From: the human T2T-CHM13v2.0 reference genome, Homo sapiens
DNA length: 64,000 nucleotides
Reading direction: 5' to 3' (one strand)
NCBI RefSeq assembly: GCF_009914755.1
Contig: NC_060932.1
The position numbers and the translations under genes were made by a program. Of this stretch, positions 28,555 to 41,902 are shown piece after piece. A model generated the notes under the pieces. The model was not told where the DNA came from, made no database searches, and saw nothing but the letters and a program-made list of their open reading frames with translations. Numbering within the stretch: position 1 is the first letter of the stretch; the number at the start of each line of letters is the position of its first letter.

Positions 28555-29055
28555 TATATTAGTTAGTAATCGCTGTGTAACAAATCACTCCAAAATTTAA
28601 TGCTGAAAATAATAAGCATTTATATTGCTCACAAGTCTACAGGTCAGCTGGGAAGTTTTTTCTGGTCTTAGCTGGGTTTATTCATGCATCTGCAATCAGC
28701 CCTCAGTTGGGTAGGCCGCTGCTGCTGTTTGGACTCACTCACATGTTCGGAGGTTAGCTGACAACTGGCAAATCTAGGATGTTCAGAATTGAAATAAGTG
28801 GACTTTTCTCCAGCTGGTCTCTCACCCTCCAAGTGGCTAGCCTAGGCTTGTTTTCATGGCAGTGGCAGTGGTATGATGTCTAGGCCCCAAACGGACACAG
28901 AATCATTTGTATGACATTACATTGGCTGAAGTAAGTCACGTGGCCAGCCCAAATTTGAAAGGCAGGGAAAAAGATCCTGTCTCTTCATGGGAGGAGCTAC
29001 AAAGTCATGCTGCAAACACACGGGGAGGCATGCGGGATTGCAGTTAATCCTCCAT
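28555..29055 (-). mobile_element. MLT1-family MaLR LTR
   Basis: TATTAGTTAG..TCGCTGTGTAACAAATCACTCCAAAATTTA...AAGTCACGTGGCCAGCCCA. Confidence 0.75.
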
Positions 29056-29259
29056 GGACGCTTATGTTTCTACCACTGTGTCCTTCCTTGCATCCTGGCA
29101 CCTCTCTGGCAAAGTATACCAGCAGGTGTTCTTCACCTTGGTTTTGCCTGAATGAACATCTAAGAGAGAGATAGCCCATTAATTGCCAATTTTGAAAGAG
29201 ACTTTCAGGTCTTGTACTTATCTCCTACCCATGTTAAATCTCCTCTTTCAAACCTCCCA

Positions 29260-29990
29260 CAAACAGGCCTTCGGCACCTGCCAAGACACTTCCAGTGATG
29301 GGGAGCTCAATATTATTACGTTAAATTGACTTTTGTTTCCTTTTACAGTAAGTGCTTTGGAATAGGGCTCTCACCTCTATATTTGTGCAATTTCTTTTTC
29401 AGGCATCCTGTTCCTATGCTCTTCCTTCTATACACTGAAATCTTCCTTCTAGCAATTCCCCATCTCTGCTCTTTTTCTTGCTCCCTGGAGCAGACTAAAA
29501 CAAATCTGTGGCTTCTCCTATATGACAACTATTTTATATCCAAAGACATTTATCAATTTCTTCATCAATTCTCCAGGTCTTTCCAGATTTAATTATTCAA
29601 CTGCTCCTCTAATGAGATCAATACACTTTACTGTGTGTACACAGGTTGTCAATGTTCTTTCTTTATGTGGTACCCAGAGTCATCTACATCCTCTGAGTAA
29701 AACAGAACCAAATTGCTTGTTTTTCCTCCTCTACCTCTTCTTCCTTTTGTAGTTGCAGGTCATTCTTACTGCATTAAATTGAATTTGGTTTCTCACTCAC
29801 AGTAAGTAATTTGGAACAGGACTGAGAGCCCTATTTTTGTACAATTTGTTTTCGAACCAAAGGAGAGGCATCATCTGACTTTCTCCTTTTATTATTTCCT
29901 CTGTGAGTTCAGTCCTTTCCTTCTAGTCAGTTGCTGTAAACCTTGATGCTTTTATTTAGACTGTTTATTCATCACTCAGTGGTCTTCTAC
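29260..29990 (-). mobile_element. L3/CR1 fragment
   Basis: CTTCCAGTGATGGGGAGCTCA...GTTGTCAATGTTC...TGTGGTACCCAGA matches the antisense L3 3' region. Confidence 0.6.
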
Positions 29991-31464
29991 TGAGATACTT
30001 TTCAGTACCTTTGTTTGTGATAGCTGCTTGGGACACAAAACTGGGTAAACCCCAGCACTGGTCCTTAAAGAGTTTTCAGGCTACTGGGTGAGGCCGTGGT
30101 TTAAAGCAGTCTCTTTCGGGCAACCTCAGGCTATTTTAGAAGCATGCTTGTTTTTCAGGGTTTCTCCTATACCCTTCTTCGACATCTCAAGAGGACACCT
30201 GAGAAAGAAGACTGTGTGGCCCTGCGGTGTCAGGGGAGCATTGTCTGGTTCCCATGCTGTCTTCTGCTGTGGACTTCCTCAGCATGTTGACGATTTTATT
30301 GGGTCTGGATGTCAAGGATGTCGATGCTCTTATTGTCTTCCTCTATAATGACCTCAGATGTTTCTGTGGCCTCCAGTCTTGAAGTCCACATTCTGAATGT
30401 GCCCTCATGTTGACTCCCGGCTTCCTCCAAGCTCAGGATTTCCATGTCCCCTGAGGGCCAGTGGCAATAATGCACTGTGGCTCTCTCTCTAGTTGGTAGT
30501 GACATGTGAGAGATAGCCTGAGCCATGTCTTGGCTTCCCTATGACTTGCTCACTACAATGGATTGTAATTCCATGATGACTATGGAACTTCTTTGAGGGG
30601 CTTGCAGACTCCCTAGGCTTTTTCTGAGGATTCAAGGATTCCAGTTCTGTTTTACTTACTTTCTCCTAAATGAGATTAGGTTTCTGTACCCTCCAGCTTG
30701 ACATTTTACACCAAGGGGTGAGCTGGAACTTGGATGGTCATGTTGTACATCTTGAATAGTCATTCTATTCTTTTATCTTTAACACTCAGACTCCTCCCAA
30801 GCACTCTGGTGACTCTCTGAGCCATCGTTTTCCTTCTGTGAGAACTTCCCTGCATCAGTCAGTTCTCACAATTTCTATAATCTGCTCTGTAAGTGCCTTC
30901 AAGTTCTGCCTCAATGGAAGTCACAAGACATTTTTTGTTTGTTTTGTTTTTTTCTCTGTCAACAAAACCAGCCATCTGTACATCAAAAGCATTTGCCTTC
31001 ATACCATTGTCTTACTGTATTCTTAGAACAGTATTCCAGAACTCAAAGCAACAGAGTCTCTGTGTTCAGACTGGTTCTTCTCGTAAACAAAGGAAAAAAT
31101 GGTCATTAATTTTATAGGGGCAGAAAGAAAAGGGACAAGGACTTCGGGAACTAAAGGTTCTGTCTACATGGGGATTTATGATACTATTCTCTCAATGATA
31201 GATCTGGAAGTTTGATTCACCATGAAAAAAAAACCACACTTTTAAATGCTTAATTCCTGTTAAACTTACAAAGAAATTTGACATGCCAAATAATAAACAA
31301 AGAATTCAGGAACCAGAGTGGTGAGAATGATGTGATTTGAGTGAAGATTTTCTAAAGGCTTAATAGGATTTCTTCCCTTTCTCTTATTTTCTGTACCACC
31401 TAAATTCTAATAACAGAGGACAGTTAACTTTCTGTTATTAGAGCTCTAATCCAGTCACAAAAAG

Positions 31465-31608
31465 AGAAAAAATTAAAGAGAGAAAAGAAGAGAAAAAGGG
31501 AAGGGAAGAAAAAAGAAAGAGAAAGGAGGGGAAGGAAGGGAAGGGAGGGGAGAGGAGAGGAGGGAAGCGAGGGAGAGGAGAAGGAAGGGGAGGGGTGAGA
31601 TGGTGAGG
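31465..31608. repeat. Polypurine (GA-rich) tract, continuing at 32228-32300
   Basis: Almost purine-only + strand on both sides of the LTR. Confidence 0.9.
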
Positions 31609-32000
31609 TGTGGAGGAAAAGTTAAATATTAAATTTGAACTCAATTGAACATCGACACAAACAATGGTCACCAAGTCCCAGAACAGGTTGTGTGTGCCCC
31701 TTGAGGCGTTCATCCAGCACTGTTTCAGAGAAATCCCTATTTCAATCTATTCCTATACGTTAGTTATTGAAAAGCAATAGACAATCACAAAAAACAAGTT
31801 GACCTTTTTGTGTTCCTTGAGCCAAAGGGCCCTCATGACTGGGCCTCACACCGAATAACTCGTTACAAAAAGAGCTAGGGTCCCAGACTGCGCCAAAGCT
31901 TCAGGAGACTGCTCCTCGTCTGTGCACAGATGAGTGGCCAACTCTGGAGCCCAGGTTGTTGCTTCCTAGTCTGGTGGTGAATCCTTCATAGTCTGGTGAG

Positions 32001-32033
<33 letters not shown>

Positions 32034-32227
32034 CTTCCCTTTTCATTGCAATTTGCTTATTATATTATTTGCTTATTATATCAACTTGCTTATTATATTG
32101 ATTTGTTTATTATATCATTTGCTTATTATATCTGCATCGCCATTTACATGGGATAAAGGTTGTTTATCCCTAAAGGCATTGTGTATGTGTCTTTTCTTCT
32201 CCCCTTGCACGTTTCCTGCACAGAACA
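31609..32227 (+). mobile_element. ERV1 solo LTR, HERV-I group (LTR15/LTR10C-type; subfamily uncertain)
   Basis: TG...CA termini (TGTGGAGGAAAAGTTAAATATTAAA...GCACAGAACA), near-TSD TGAGG/GGAGG, internal TTGCTTATTATAT repeats, and no internal proviral sequence. Confidence 0.8.
31845..31995 (+). ncRNA. CASC21: Probable CASC21 lncRNA first exon, initiated inside a solo LTR
   Basis: Sense-oriented LTR with a TATA-like TACAAAAAGAG (~31865) and a consensus donor CTG|GTGAGT at 31995/31996. The ~25 kb distance from the CCAT1 TSS matches my recollection of the CASC21 5' end. The start is approximate. Confidence 0.55.
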
Positions 32228-32649
32228 GGAGGAATAGAAAAAAAAAAAGGAGAGGGGAGGGGAGGAAAAGGGAGGGGAGAGGAGGGGAGGGGAAAAGAGA
32301 AAATCAAAATGGACCAATGACTAGTGTTTGGAACACTAAACCCCAAATTAAGTCTTAAAATGACTGAACATTCTGAGATAAAAGTGACACACACCCATCC
32401 CCACCCCAAAAGCAAAAAGGACAATGTAAGTGACAGACAGAAAAGAATGTGGAGACTGTGACATGGAATCCCTTAATTTCTAAGATCGCTCATTGTTCTG
32501 TTGGAAACAGAGGGTTAGGTAAGTGTCTAAGACAGAGCCAGTGCACAAGTGAGTGGTAGAGAGAGTGATAAAGCATCTCCTATTTTGAATGAGATCTTCT
32601 GTCTCTTCTCATACATATCCCAATCCACAACAGCGAAAAAGTAATACGT

Positions 32650-34900
32650 AGATTCATTCATTCAGTGACTCAGCAAATAGTAAGTGCCATGCATTTTCCA
32701 AAACATTAATAATACAATTGGGAGCAAAGCAGACAAATGTCCCTTGCCCTGATGGGAGAACACAGGCATTAAATAAAATAAGTAGATCAAAATATAGTAT
32801 ATACTAAGTGATGAGAATTGTTATGGGAATAAGTAAAGCAGGTAAAAAGGAATGAAGGCCCTCTGTGAAGGAGGATGCTGTTTAAAATAAGGCGAAGGCA
32901 GGCATCTTGAGACAGTTGCATTTCAACAATGGCCTGAAGGAAGTGAAGGGCACCTGAGAGAAACATGTTCCAAGTAGAGGAATCAAGCACAAAGCTCCTG
33001 AGGCAAGGCTTGTGGACTTGTAGCAAAAAAGGCCAATATGGATGGACCACAACAGGGAGGAGAGCCTGCAGGTAAAATTGGAGACATAGTGGGAGCTGGC
33101 CATTTTAAGAATTTAGACTTTTATCATGAGTGAAAGGAAAAGAACTGAAGGAGTTGGGTGTGGTGTTTATAGGATGTACACAACAAAGTCATCGCTTAGC
33201 TGCTGTGTTAGAAGTAAACCATAAGTGAGCCAAAGGCAGAAGCAGAGAGACCAGGTATCAGGCTGTCAAAAAGAAAAAAAAAAAAAAAAAAAACAAAAAA
33301 AAAACACAGAGATGATGGTAACATGGACCAGGGTGGCATTCCAGGTGGTGAGTGGTGGATGGACCCTAGACAGATTTTGAATACAGAACCAGTAGGATTT
33401 GGGAATGTATTAGATGTGAAATGTGAGCAAAAGGAGGAGTTAGGCACTTTTGTTCCAATTGAAGGATGGAGTTGCTATTTTTTGAGGTCAAGACAGCAGA
33501 AGGAGCAAGTTGGGGAGGAAGGAAACTGGGAGTTTGTTTTGGGCAAACTTTTAAAGACATTCAAGTGCAGACGTCAAATGAGTAGTTGTATATGCAGCTC
33601 TGTTGCATTCACAGATTTGGCAATGAATTTGGGAGTCATCAGTGTATAGATGGTATCAAGGCTGTAAGACTATATGGGAGTGAGTATAGACAAAGAAAGG
33701 TGATGTTTAAGAACTGAATCCTAGAGTATACCAAAGTGTATTGTTTGGGAAGTTGAGAAGCAAACAGTAGAAGTGACTGAGATGGAGCAGCCTGTAGGGA
33801 ATATCAGAATGGTATCCTGGAAGAAATAAGAAAATATTTTCAATGCAGAGGGAGCTGTCACTAGGTCCAATGTTGCCACTAGGTCACTTAAAAATAGGAA
33901 TGAGATCTGCAACATGCAGGCTTTTGGAGACATTAGCAAGACACATTTTTATAAAGAGGGAAGAATATAAGCCTAAGCAGAGTGAGTTCCAGAGAGAAAG
34001 GGAAAAAGATTTAAGAGATAATGAGAAAAAGCATCTCTTTAGAGAAGTTTTGCTAAGAAGGGGAGCAGGGAAATGTGGTATCAAGGAAAGGAGTTTTGAA
34101 GATGGGAGGAATTACACACAGACTTCATTTGCAAATAAAAATATTGGTATGGGAGATAAAGAGTGCTTTCTGAGGCACCATCCTTGAGTTGGTAAGAGGG
34201 AATGGGTTCTGGTACAAAAATGCAGAGACCGGCCTTGCACACAAACATGGATTGTTAATTCACACTGAGAGAGAGGTGAGTATATAGGGCAGATACAGGC
34301 AAGGTAGACGTGGTGCAGGGATTGGGAGAAAATTGCCTTCTGCTCCCTTCTCTTCTCTCAGTGAAATAGGAAACAAGATCCAGACACTATAGGTCACTGT
34401 GCAGTCACATTTTTTTGGATTCAAGGTCCTGGAATGAGTGAGTTGGAAAGATGGAGTGTGGTGGTTAATAAAGTGAAATACTTGAAACCGAGATTACAGG
34501 GAGTGGCAGTGATTTTAATGCCAAGACCTAAAAAGAAGAGAGAAGAGGTAAGAGAGTTAAGGTCAAGTTACTGGAAAGATTATCTTGACTGCTAGTGAAG
34601 TCACCAGTTTATGATATGAACAGTATGATTATGATTATGAGAACAGGTCAGGAGTTAAAAACTTCAAAGAATAAGGGGGAATTCTCTGAATCATGGGTTT
34701 GTAGATGCCTGCAATAAACAGGGGCAACTGAAGGTATAGATGGATGACATAAACTTCAAAGCGAGTTTTCAGAGAGCAGGCAGGGAGAAGCATCTGGAGG
34801 CTGGAATGAGGAAATAAGAGGACACCTAGTCAACCTCCAGGCTAGTGATAGAAAGAAGCAGAAGAAAAAAAAAGTGACAAATTAGAAGGACTTTATGAGG
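32650..34900 (-). mobile_element. Long L2 (~2.2 kb)
   Basis: ATTCATTCATTCAG tail; GAAGCAGAGAGACCAG; AATTTGGGAGTCATCAGTGTATAGATGG; GTTTTGCTAAGAAGGGGAGCAG. Confidence 0.8.
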
Positions 34901-35709
34901 AGGCAGGGATCCCAGGAGTATCTGAGTTTCCATTAGAGCAAAAAGGCAAAAAGGGATTTATAAAGAAGTGGCACAGGTTATAAGGGATTTTGCTGATGAC
35001 TGATCTGGAATTGTACAAGGGAGGGTGAGGGAATTAGAAAGAGGTGAAGATGGGGTCAGATTAGGTGGTATACAGAGCAGTATTGGGGAAGTATATGGGA
35101 GCTAAAGGATGAGCTGGGTGTCTGGGGCTTTTGTAGTATTTTACGGACGTGGAGATCAAGGGAGGATCTTCTGCAAGACACCAGTGGTGAGATTGTGAAT
35201 GTCAGGGGAGATAGGGTGTGGGGTCTTTCTTGGAGCACCCAGGGCTCTGAGGCATTCTCTTCTCCCTCCTGCCAATGGCAGTATGGAAAGCAAGGAAGAA
35301 ATAGTGTTACTATAAACAATTAAGCATGAGCCCCCTCCTCATTCTAGCCAATGTTTTTGCTTTCTTCATTCATTATACAAATACCTTTTCAGGGCCTCGT
35401 AAACCTGAATACTAGAATATAATAGTGAGGAAAATGTCAGTTTCTTCTCTCATGTAGCCTTCAGAGTATTGGAAAAAACTCCGTTCCAAAACCCAAGACT
35501 TATTCATTATTCTATACCACCTCTTCAGGGGCTGCTTAATTACCTAAATCTGAGTATCTATGACCTCAGAGAAGGGATCTGGGCTGAAAATACAAACTTG
35601 AGCCATAATCAAGTACAATATGGCCTAAGGAAAGAGTCTACACTCAGAAGAGAAGGACTATCAAGAGTCTGAAAAATTGGGGGTAATTGGAGTGGTTCCA
35701 GAAAATTAA

Positions 35710-35991
<282 letters not shown>

Positions 35992-36017
35992 GAAATGTTT
36001 GCTTTTTAAAAAAGGAG

Positions 36018-36766
36018 TGTGTTAGTTTTGCAGGGGTGGCATAACAAAGGACCACAAAGTCATGACTTATCACATTCATCCTCTCACAGTTCAGGAGGCT
36101 CGAAGTCTGAAATCAAGGTGTCAGCAGAGTCAGTTCCTTTAGAGAGCTCTCAGGCAGAGCCTGTTCCCTGTTTCTCTCCTAGCTTCTGGAGGTGCCCGCA
36201 ATCCTTTGATTTCCTTGGCTTATAGATGCATCACTCCAATCTCTGCCGCTATCTTCACATAACATTCTTCCCTATGTCTCTGAGTCTTCAAATTTTCCTC
36301 CCCTTTTAAGGACACTAGGCATTGGATTTACGGCCCAACCTATCCCAATATAACTTCATCTTAAACTGATTACATCTGCAAAGACCATATTTCTTTTTTT
36401 GGACGATGTCTCGCTCTGTCACCTAGGCTGGAGTGCAGTGCGCAATCTTGGCCCACTGCAAGCTCTGTCTCCTGGGTTCAAGCGATTGTCCTGCCTCAGC
36501 CTCCCAAGTAGCTGGGATGTCAGGCGTGTGCCAACACACCAAGCTAATTTTTGTATTTTTAGTAGAGACGGGGTTTTGCCATGTTGGCCAGGCTGTTCTT
36601 GAACTCCTGACCTCAGGTGATCCGCCCGCCTCAGCTTCCCAAAGTGCTGGGATTATAGGCATAAGCCATCGCGCCTGACCTGCAAAGACCATATTTCTGA
36701 ATAAGGTCACATTCCCAGGCTCTGAGTGGATATGAATTTTGAGGTGGCACTATAGGGCCCACTACA
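36018..36766 (-). mobile_element. MLT1B-like MaLR LTR interrupted by Alu
   Basis: CTCACAGTTCAGGAGGCT..AAGTCTGAAATCAAGGTGTCAGCAG...ATAAGGTCACATTC...CCCACTACA. Confidence 0.85.
36395..36680 (-). mobile_element. AluSx/Sz
   Basis: Perfect 18 bp TSD TGCAAAGACCATATTTCT (36377-36394, 36681-36698); very short tail. Confidence 0.95.
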
Positions 36767-36969
36767 GGGGAAAAAGATAAAATTATAACAAACCCATGTG
36801 TCATTCCATGTTGATCATGTGCCAGTAACTTCCAGGTTTTTTTTTTTTTTTTTGATCATTTAATTTGAGTTCATCAGAAAGAGTCCATTTTCCTCCTGTT
36901 GGGAATGTTTTTGATCTACATGTAAAGTCACTTGGTCATGTCTCTTGCCAGGTGATCATTTTCCCTAGG

Positions 36970-37125
36970 TCAGTGGTCATCATTATTAAAACGGACATTG
37001 ATTCCAACCCCTGGGGTTTCTGATTTAGTGGTTCAAGGATGCGGCCCCAAAATTTGCATTTTTAAAAAAGTTCCCAGATGACGTTGGTGTTGATGTTGCT
37101 CATCCCAGACAACACTTTGACTCCC
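36970..37125. mobile_element. MER5A fragment
   Basis: GTTTCTGATTTAGTGG...AATTTGCATTTT...AAGTTCCCAGATGA...ACACTTTGA. Confidence 0.6.
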
Positions 37126-38477
37126 AGAAATCAAATTTCTCTGACTCTGTACTTAGAGAAAAGCATTTCTAGTTATGTCCAGTCATTGATGTCTCTATTT
37201 CCTGTGTGTGGTTGATGACTAGGTATGTGGAAAGAACCCTATATACAGGACTGTTGTGCTAAGGTCATTATCGTAATATTGATAATTATTCTTTGTATCC
37301 CATTACAAGTTGCAAGGTATCTTCCCATACTCTATTTAATGTAACTTTTGAACCAGTGATAAGTTGGTTACTGTTGCTCCATTTTACCCAGGAAACTAGT
37401 TCAGAGGTGTAGTGTACCTTGAGACACATCATTGTGAGCTCATGGTAGAAGCTGGGTGGCAAATTCTCACCTTTTTATTCTAGAGCCTGTGTAATCTGCC
37501 ACCCAGCAGCTATTTTATAGCTTTTGAACCTAAATTTTGATGAGAACTATCTCGGTGGTGCTCTGAAAATCACTGCAAATTAAGACAACACACAGGTTTG
37601 TTTCATAGTGTATTTGTGCTACCAGCTGCATCATCAAGGTGGTGACGATGGTGTTTCCCCTCGCTCTTCTTTTCTAATCTTAGTAAAGGGCTTGCCAGCC
37701 CAGTTCATCCGAGTTCTTTGCTCCCTGTTCCCTGATTGTCCGAATGGCAAGTTTTGTATATGCTAAGGTTCACTTCCTAACACGAATTCTCTGAGGTTCA
37801 TTGGTTAATGACCCTTTCTTCTCAGGAACCAGAGAAATAAACATGATGTGGGTTGTGTTCTGTGCAGGTTGCTTCAACTTTTCTCCTCCATACTTTCTCT
37901 CCGTAGCATCACACATCTGATGAGTGGGAAAGCTGAGATTTGAACCTGTGCCATCTGTTTCAAAGCCTGCCTCTAACCATTTCACATGGCCCTGCTCACT
38001 GCCCTCAACAGCACTTCCTGTTCTATCAGAATCTTGCTGAACTCCAATCTGACATTGCGGGTGCTCAAGAAATTCACCCCACACATTTGCATCTTCACTG
38101 TGCTCCACCCAGGCTGGCTGTTCCTGGTGGAGGAGTTTCCAGCTCACCTGGGGTTCCTACCCTCATGCAGGTGACAGGTGTCTGAGTAGCTGAAAACACA
38201 AGCTTTAGACCCAGGCAACTCTAAATATGACGCACCACTTTTTCTTCTTACTGTATAACCTTGAGTAAGTCACTGATTTTCAGAACCACTGTTTCTTTAT
38301 CTGTAAAATGGGTACAAGAATATCAAGTGTGCGTAGTTGCTGTGAGAATTAAACGGATAATTTATGCAGCAAGAAGCAGCTCAATCATTGGAGCTTTTAT
38401 TATTTCTGTCATCCTATTGCCTCTGCCTAGAGCCCCTAATCTACTCCTTTTCTCTCTCTCTCTCTCTCTATCTCTCG

Positions 38478-38580
38478 ACCAGGCTGGTCTTGAACTCTTG
38501 AACTCTTGCCCTCAAGCAATCCTCCCTTCTCAGTTTCACAAAGCATTGGGATTACAGGCATGAGCCACTGCAACCAGCCC
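38478..38580 (-). mobile_element. Alu left-monomer fragment (FLAM/AluJ)
   Basis: CCAGGCTGGTCTTGAACTC...GGGATTACAGGCATGAGCCACTG. Confidence 0.8.
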
Positions 38581-38722
38581 AAGCTTGATATTTTTATACC
38601 CATTTTACAAATGAAAAAGTGGTGGCTCAGAGAAGTCAGTGACTTGCTCAAGATTACACAGGAAGGAAAGGAATGGGGAGTCATACCTAGAGTTGCCTGG
38701 ATCCAAAGCTCGTGTTATTAGC

Positions 38723-38772
38723 TACACACACACACACACACACACACTCATCATCATCATCATCATCATCAT
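38723..38772. repeat. (CA)n(TCA)n microsatellite
   Basis: Direct observation. Confidence 0.9.
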
Positions 38773-38942
38773 CTCATTTATCTCCTTATGGAGGCTGCAA
38801 CTTTCTTAGCCACTTTTAGTCCTCATCAGTCCCAAGCCCTTCAACCAGAATAGAAAACTGAAAGGCCCTGACTCCTCCCTTTTTTTCTATCTGCCAGCAG
38901 CACCAAACAAACCCTGCATGTAGGGTCTCTCCCCTAGGTATG

Positions 38943-39288
38943 CATAGTCATCCCTCGGTATCTGTGGGGGATTGGTGCCAGAACTCCCCCATGAATACCA
39001 AAATTCACAGATGCTTAAGTCTCTTATATAACATGGTGCAGTGTTTGCATATAACCTATGCACATCCTCCCGTATACTTCAAATCATCTCTTGATTATTT
39101 ATAATACCTAACACAATGTAAATGCTGTGTTAATAGTTGTTAACTGTATTGTTTAGAGAAAAATGACAAGAAAAGGATGTCTGTGCGTATTCAGTACAAA
39201 TGCAACCACCATTTTTCCCTCAAATATTTTGACTGTGGCTGGTTGAATTCGTGAATGTGGAACCCACAGATAAGGAGGGCCCACTGTA
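38943..39288. mobile_element. MER2 (TcMar-Tigger)
   Basis: TIRs AGTCATCCCTCGGTATCTGTGGG...CCCACAGATAAGGAGGGCCCACTGTA; the interior matches MER2. Confidence 0.85.
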
Positions 39289-39598
39289 TTTTGCTCAGCT
39301 AGCTTTCCTTCTCCTCCCTCCTTGCTGCTTAACCCTGAGGCAGTCTTTCTTCTCTCTTTATCCTCCAGGGCTAGGTGAGGGGCTCACAAGCTGAGTCACC
39401 ATGCTGGAGTGCAACTCTCTTTGCATATCTCTCTCTCTCTCCCAAATTAGGAGCCTCTTGAGAACAGGACCTGGGGCTTTGCTCTTTAGCTTATCTGCAT
39501 GGATCCAGTATAGTCCCTGCATACAGCTGGCTCTCAGGATTTATTGAATGGCTGATTGCTTCCTGAATTAGTATAAGAATGCCAGCCAGGCATTTTTC

Positions 39599-40066
<468 letters not shown>

Positions 40067-40156
40067 TTATGCCAACCCTGACTCTCTTCATGGCATCTCA
40101 CTGATGCCACCTTTCTTGCTTTCATTCACAGTATTTTTTTTTTAAGAAATGATCTT

Positions 40157-40463
40157 ATTTTATTTTTTAATTTTTATTTTTTAATTTTCTTTTTTTATTT
40201 TATTATTATTATACTTTAAGTTTTAGGGTACATGTGCATAATGTGCAGGTTAGTTACATATGTATACATGTGCCATGCTGGTGTGCTGCACCCATTAACT
40301 TGTCATTTAACATTAGGTATATCTCCTAATGCTATCCCTCCCCCCTCCCCCCACCCCACAACAGTCCCCAGAGTGTGATGTTCCCCTTCCTGTGTCCATG
40401 TGTTCTCATTGTTCAATTCCCACCTATGAGTGAGAACATGCGGTGTTTGGTTTTTTGTTCTTG
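40157..40463 (-). mobile_element. Short 5'-truncated L1PA2/PA3-like 3' UTR
   Basis: TTTTAGGGTACATGTGCA..GTTAGTTACATATG...ACAGTCCCCAGAGTGTGATG...GAGAACATGCGGTG. Confidence 0.92.
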
Positions 40464-41588
40464 AGCTTCTCTCTGGCCAAGGGGAAAATTGCCTTCGGGA
40501 TTGAAATGAATAGGGTGCGGGCAAACCTCACCTCTGGATTGTTATGGTTGTGAAGTTGCTACAAGTCAAGCTATTTTGCCAGGAAGTTTCCATTAATTTA
40601 CATGGCTTTCCAGTAAGGTGCAAACAAACATCTGAGGCTTATCGCTTCCAGACATCACCCTTCTCTTCCAATCATCCTTTGGAGCATCCTATCTTGAGAG
40701 TCTTCTTCCTTTCCATCCCTGCTGCTCTCCTCCACCCCCGCTGGGAGTTGCCTCTGTGATGCCTTAATAAGTTCACATCTTGCAACACATCAGACCAGAT
40801 CGACCCTGCTTCCAGCCAGCCTCACTAGCTATAAAATCTTTGCTGGACTTCAAAACTCCTTCTTACCCACGTTCATGTTGGTAAGCCTGATGCAGTTCTC
40901 TGTTGCTTCAGGATGAGGAAAATAACACTTGCTTTATTTTCATTTCCATTCCAGTCACTGAGGCAGCCATGCTTGGTGACAAGGCTCTGATTATGAGGCT
41001 GCAGGCTGGCACAGTCAGCAATGACTAATCCTAACACAGTAGTCAATGTTAGTTAAGCTGCAGGGGAAAAAGCAAAAAGAAAACAGAAGCATCAGCAATT
41101 GCACGGTTGGAAATAAAATGCTATCAGGGACAATAGACTAAATCAAAAGATGTTAATTCACCACTATTCAATAAAGAGGAACTGAGGGAAATATAAACAG
41201 TGAAGAAGACATGAAGCCCGCCCTTGCTGTGCTTATGGGCTGGTTGGGCACTGGACTCACCCAGTGTGAGCCTTCAGAAGGAACTCCCTCACCAGGCTTG
41301 CTATTAAAATAGGGAGTCTGATGGAAGTACTGGTATCCAGCCTTTTTAGTACAAGGAATGTCTCTTTTGTTGCTTTTGTCCAAGGATCCGATGTTTGGAA
41401 AGAATCTGATCCAAAAATAAATGATCACCGTTTTCGTGAGTCCTTAATTCCTTGTATCAGTTTTCTATTGATCAAAGATATACAAGTCACAAATAAAAAC
41501 TGCTGATCAACAGGAATCAGAAAGTAAATCCAACTTGAAGCACAGTTTATTTAACATTTTAGATAGTTTATAAAGTATTAACAAATTA

Positions 41589-41902
41589 AGCTGGGTGTGG
41601 TGGCTCACCCCTGTAATCCCAGCATTTTGGGAGAATGAGGTGGGTGGATCACGTGGAGTCAGGAGTTCGAGACCAGCCTCGCCAACATGGTGAAACCCTG
41701 TCTCTATTAAAAATATAAAAATTAGCCGGGTGTGGTGGCACAGGCCTGTAATGCCAGCTTCTTGGGAGGGTGAGGCAGGAGAATCACTTGAACCTGGAAG
41801 GCAGAGGCTGCAGGGAGCGGGGATCATACCACTATACTCCAGCCTAGTTGACAAAGCGAGACTGTCTCAAAACAAAAACAAAAGCAAAAACAAACACAAA
41901 CC
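41589..41902 (+). mobile_element. AluSx/Sz
   Basis: TSD AGTATTAACAAATTA at 41574-41588 and 41903-41917. Confidence 0.95.

Noticed and set aside
37770-38147. 125 aa minus-strand ORF in unique sequence
   Set aside because: No recognisable domain or family, and no convincing promoter or splice context. The length is compatible with chance.
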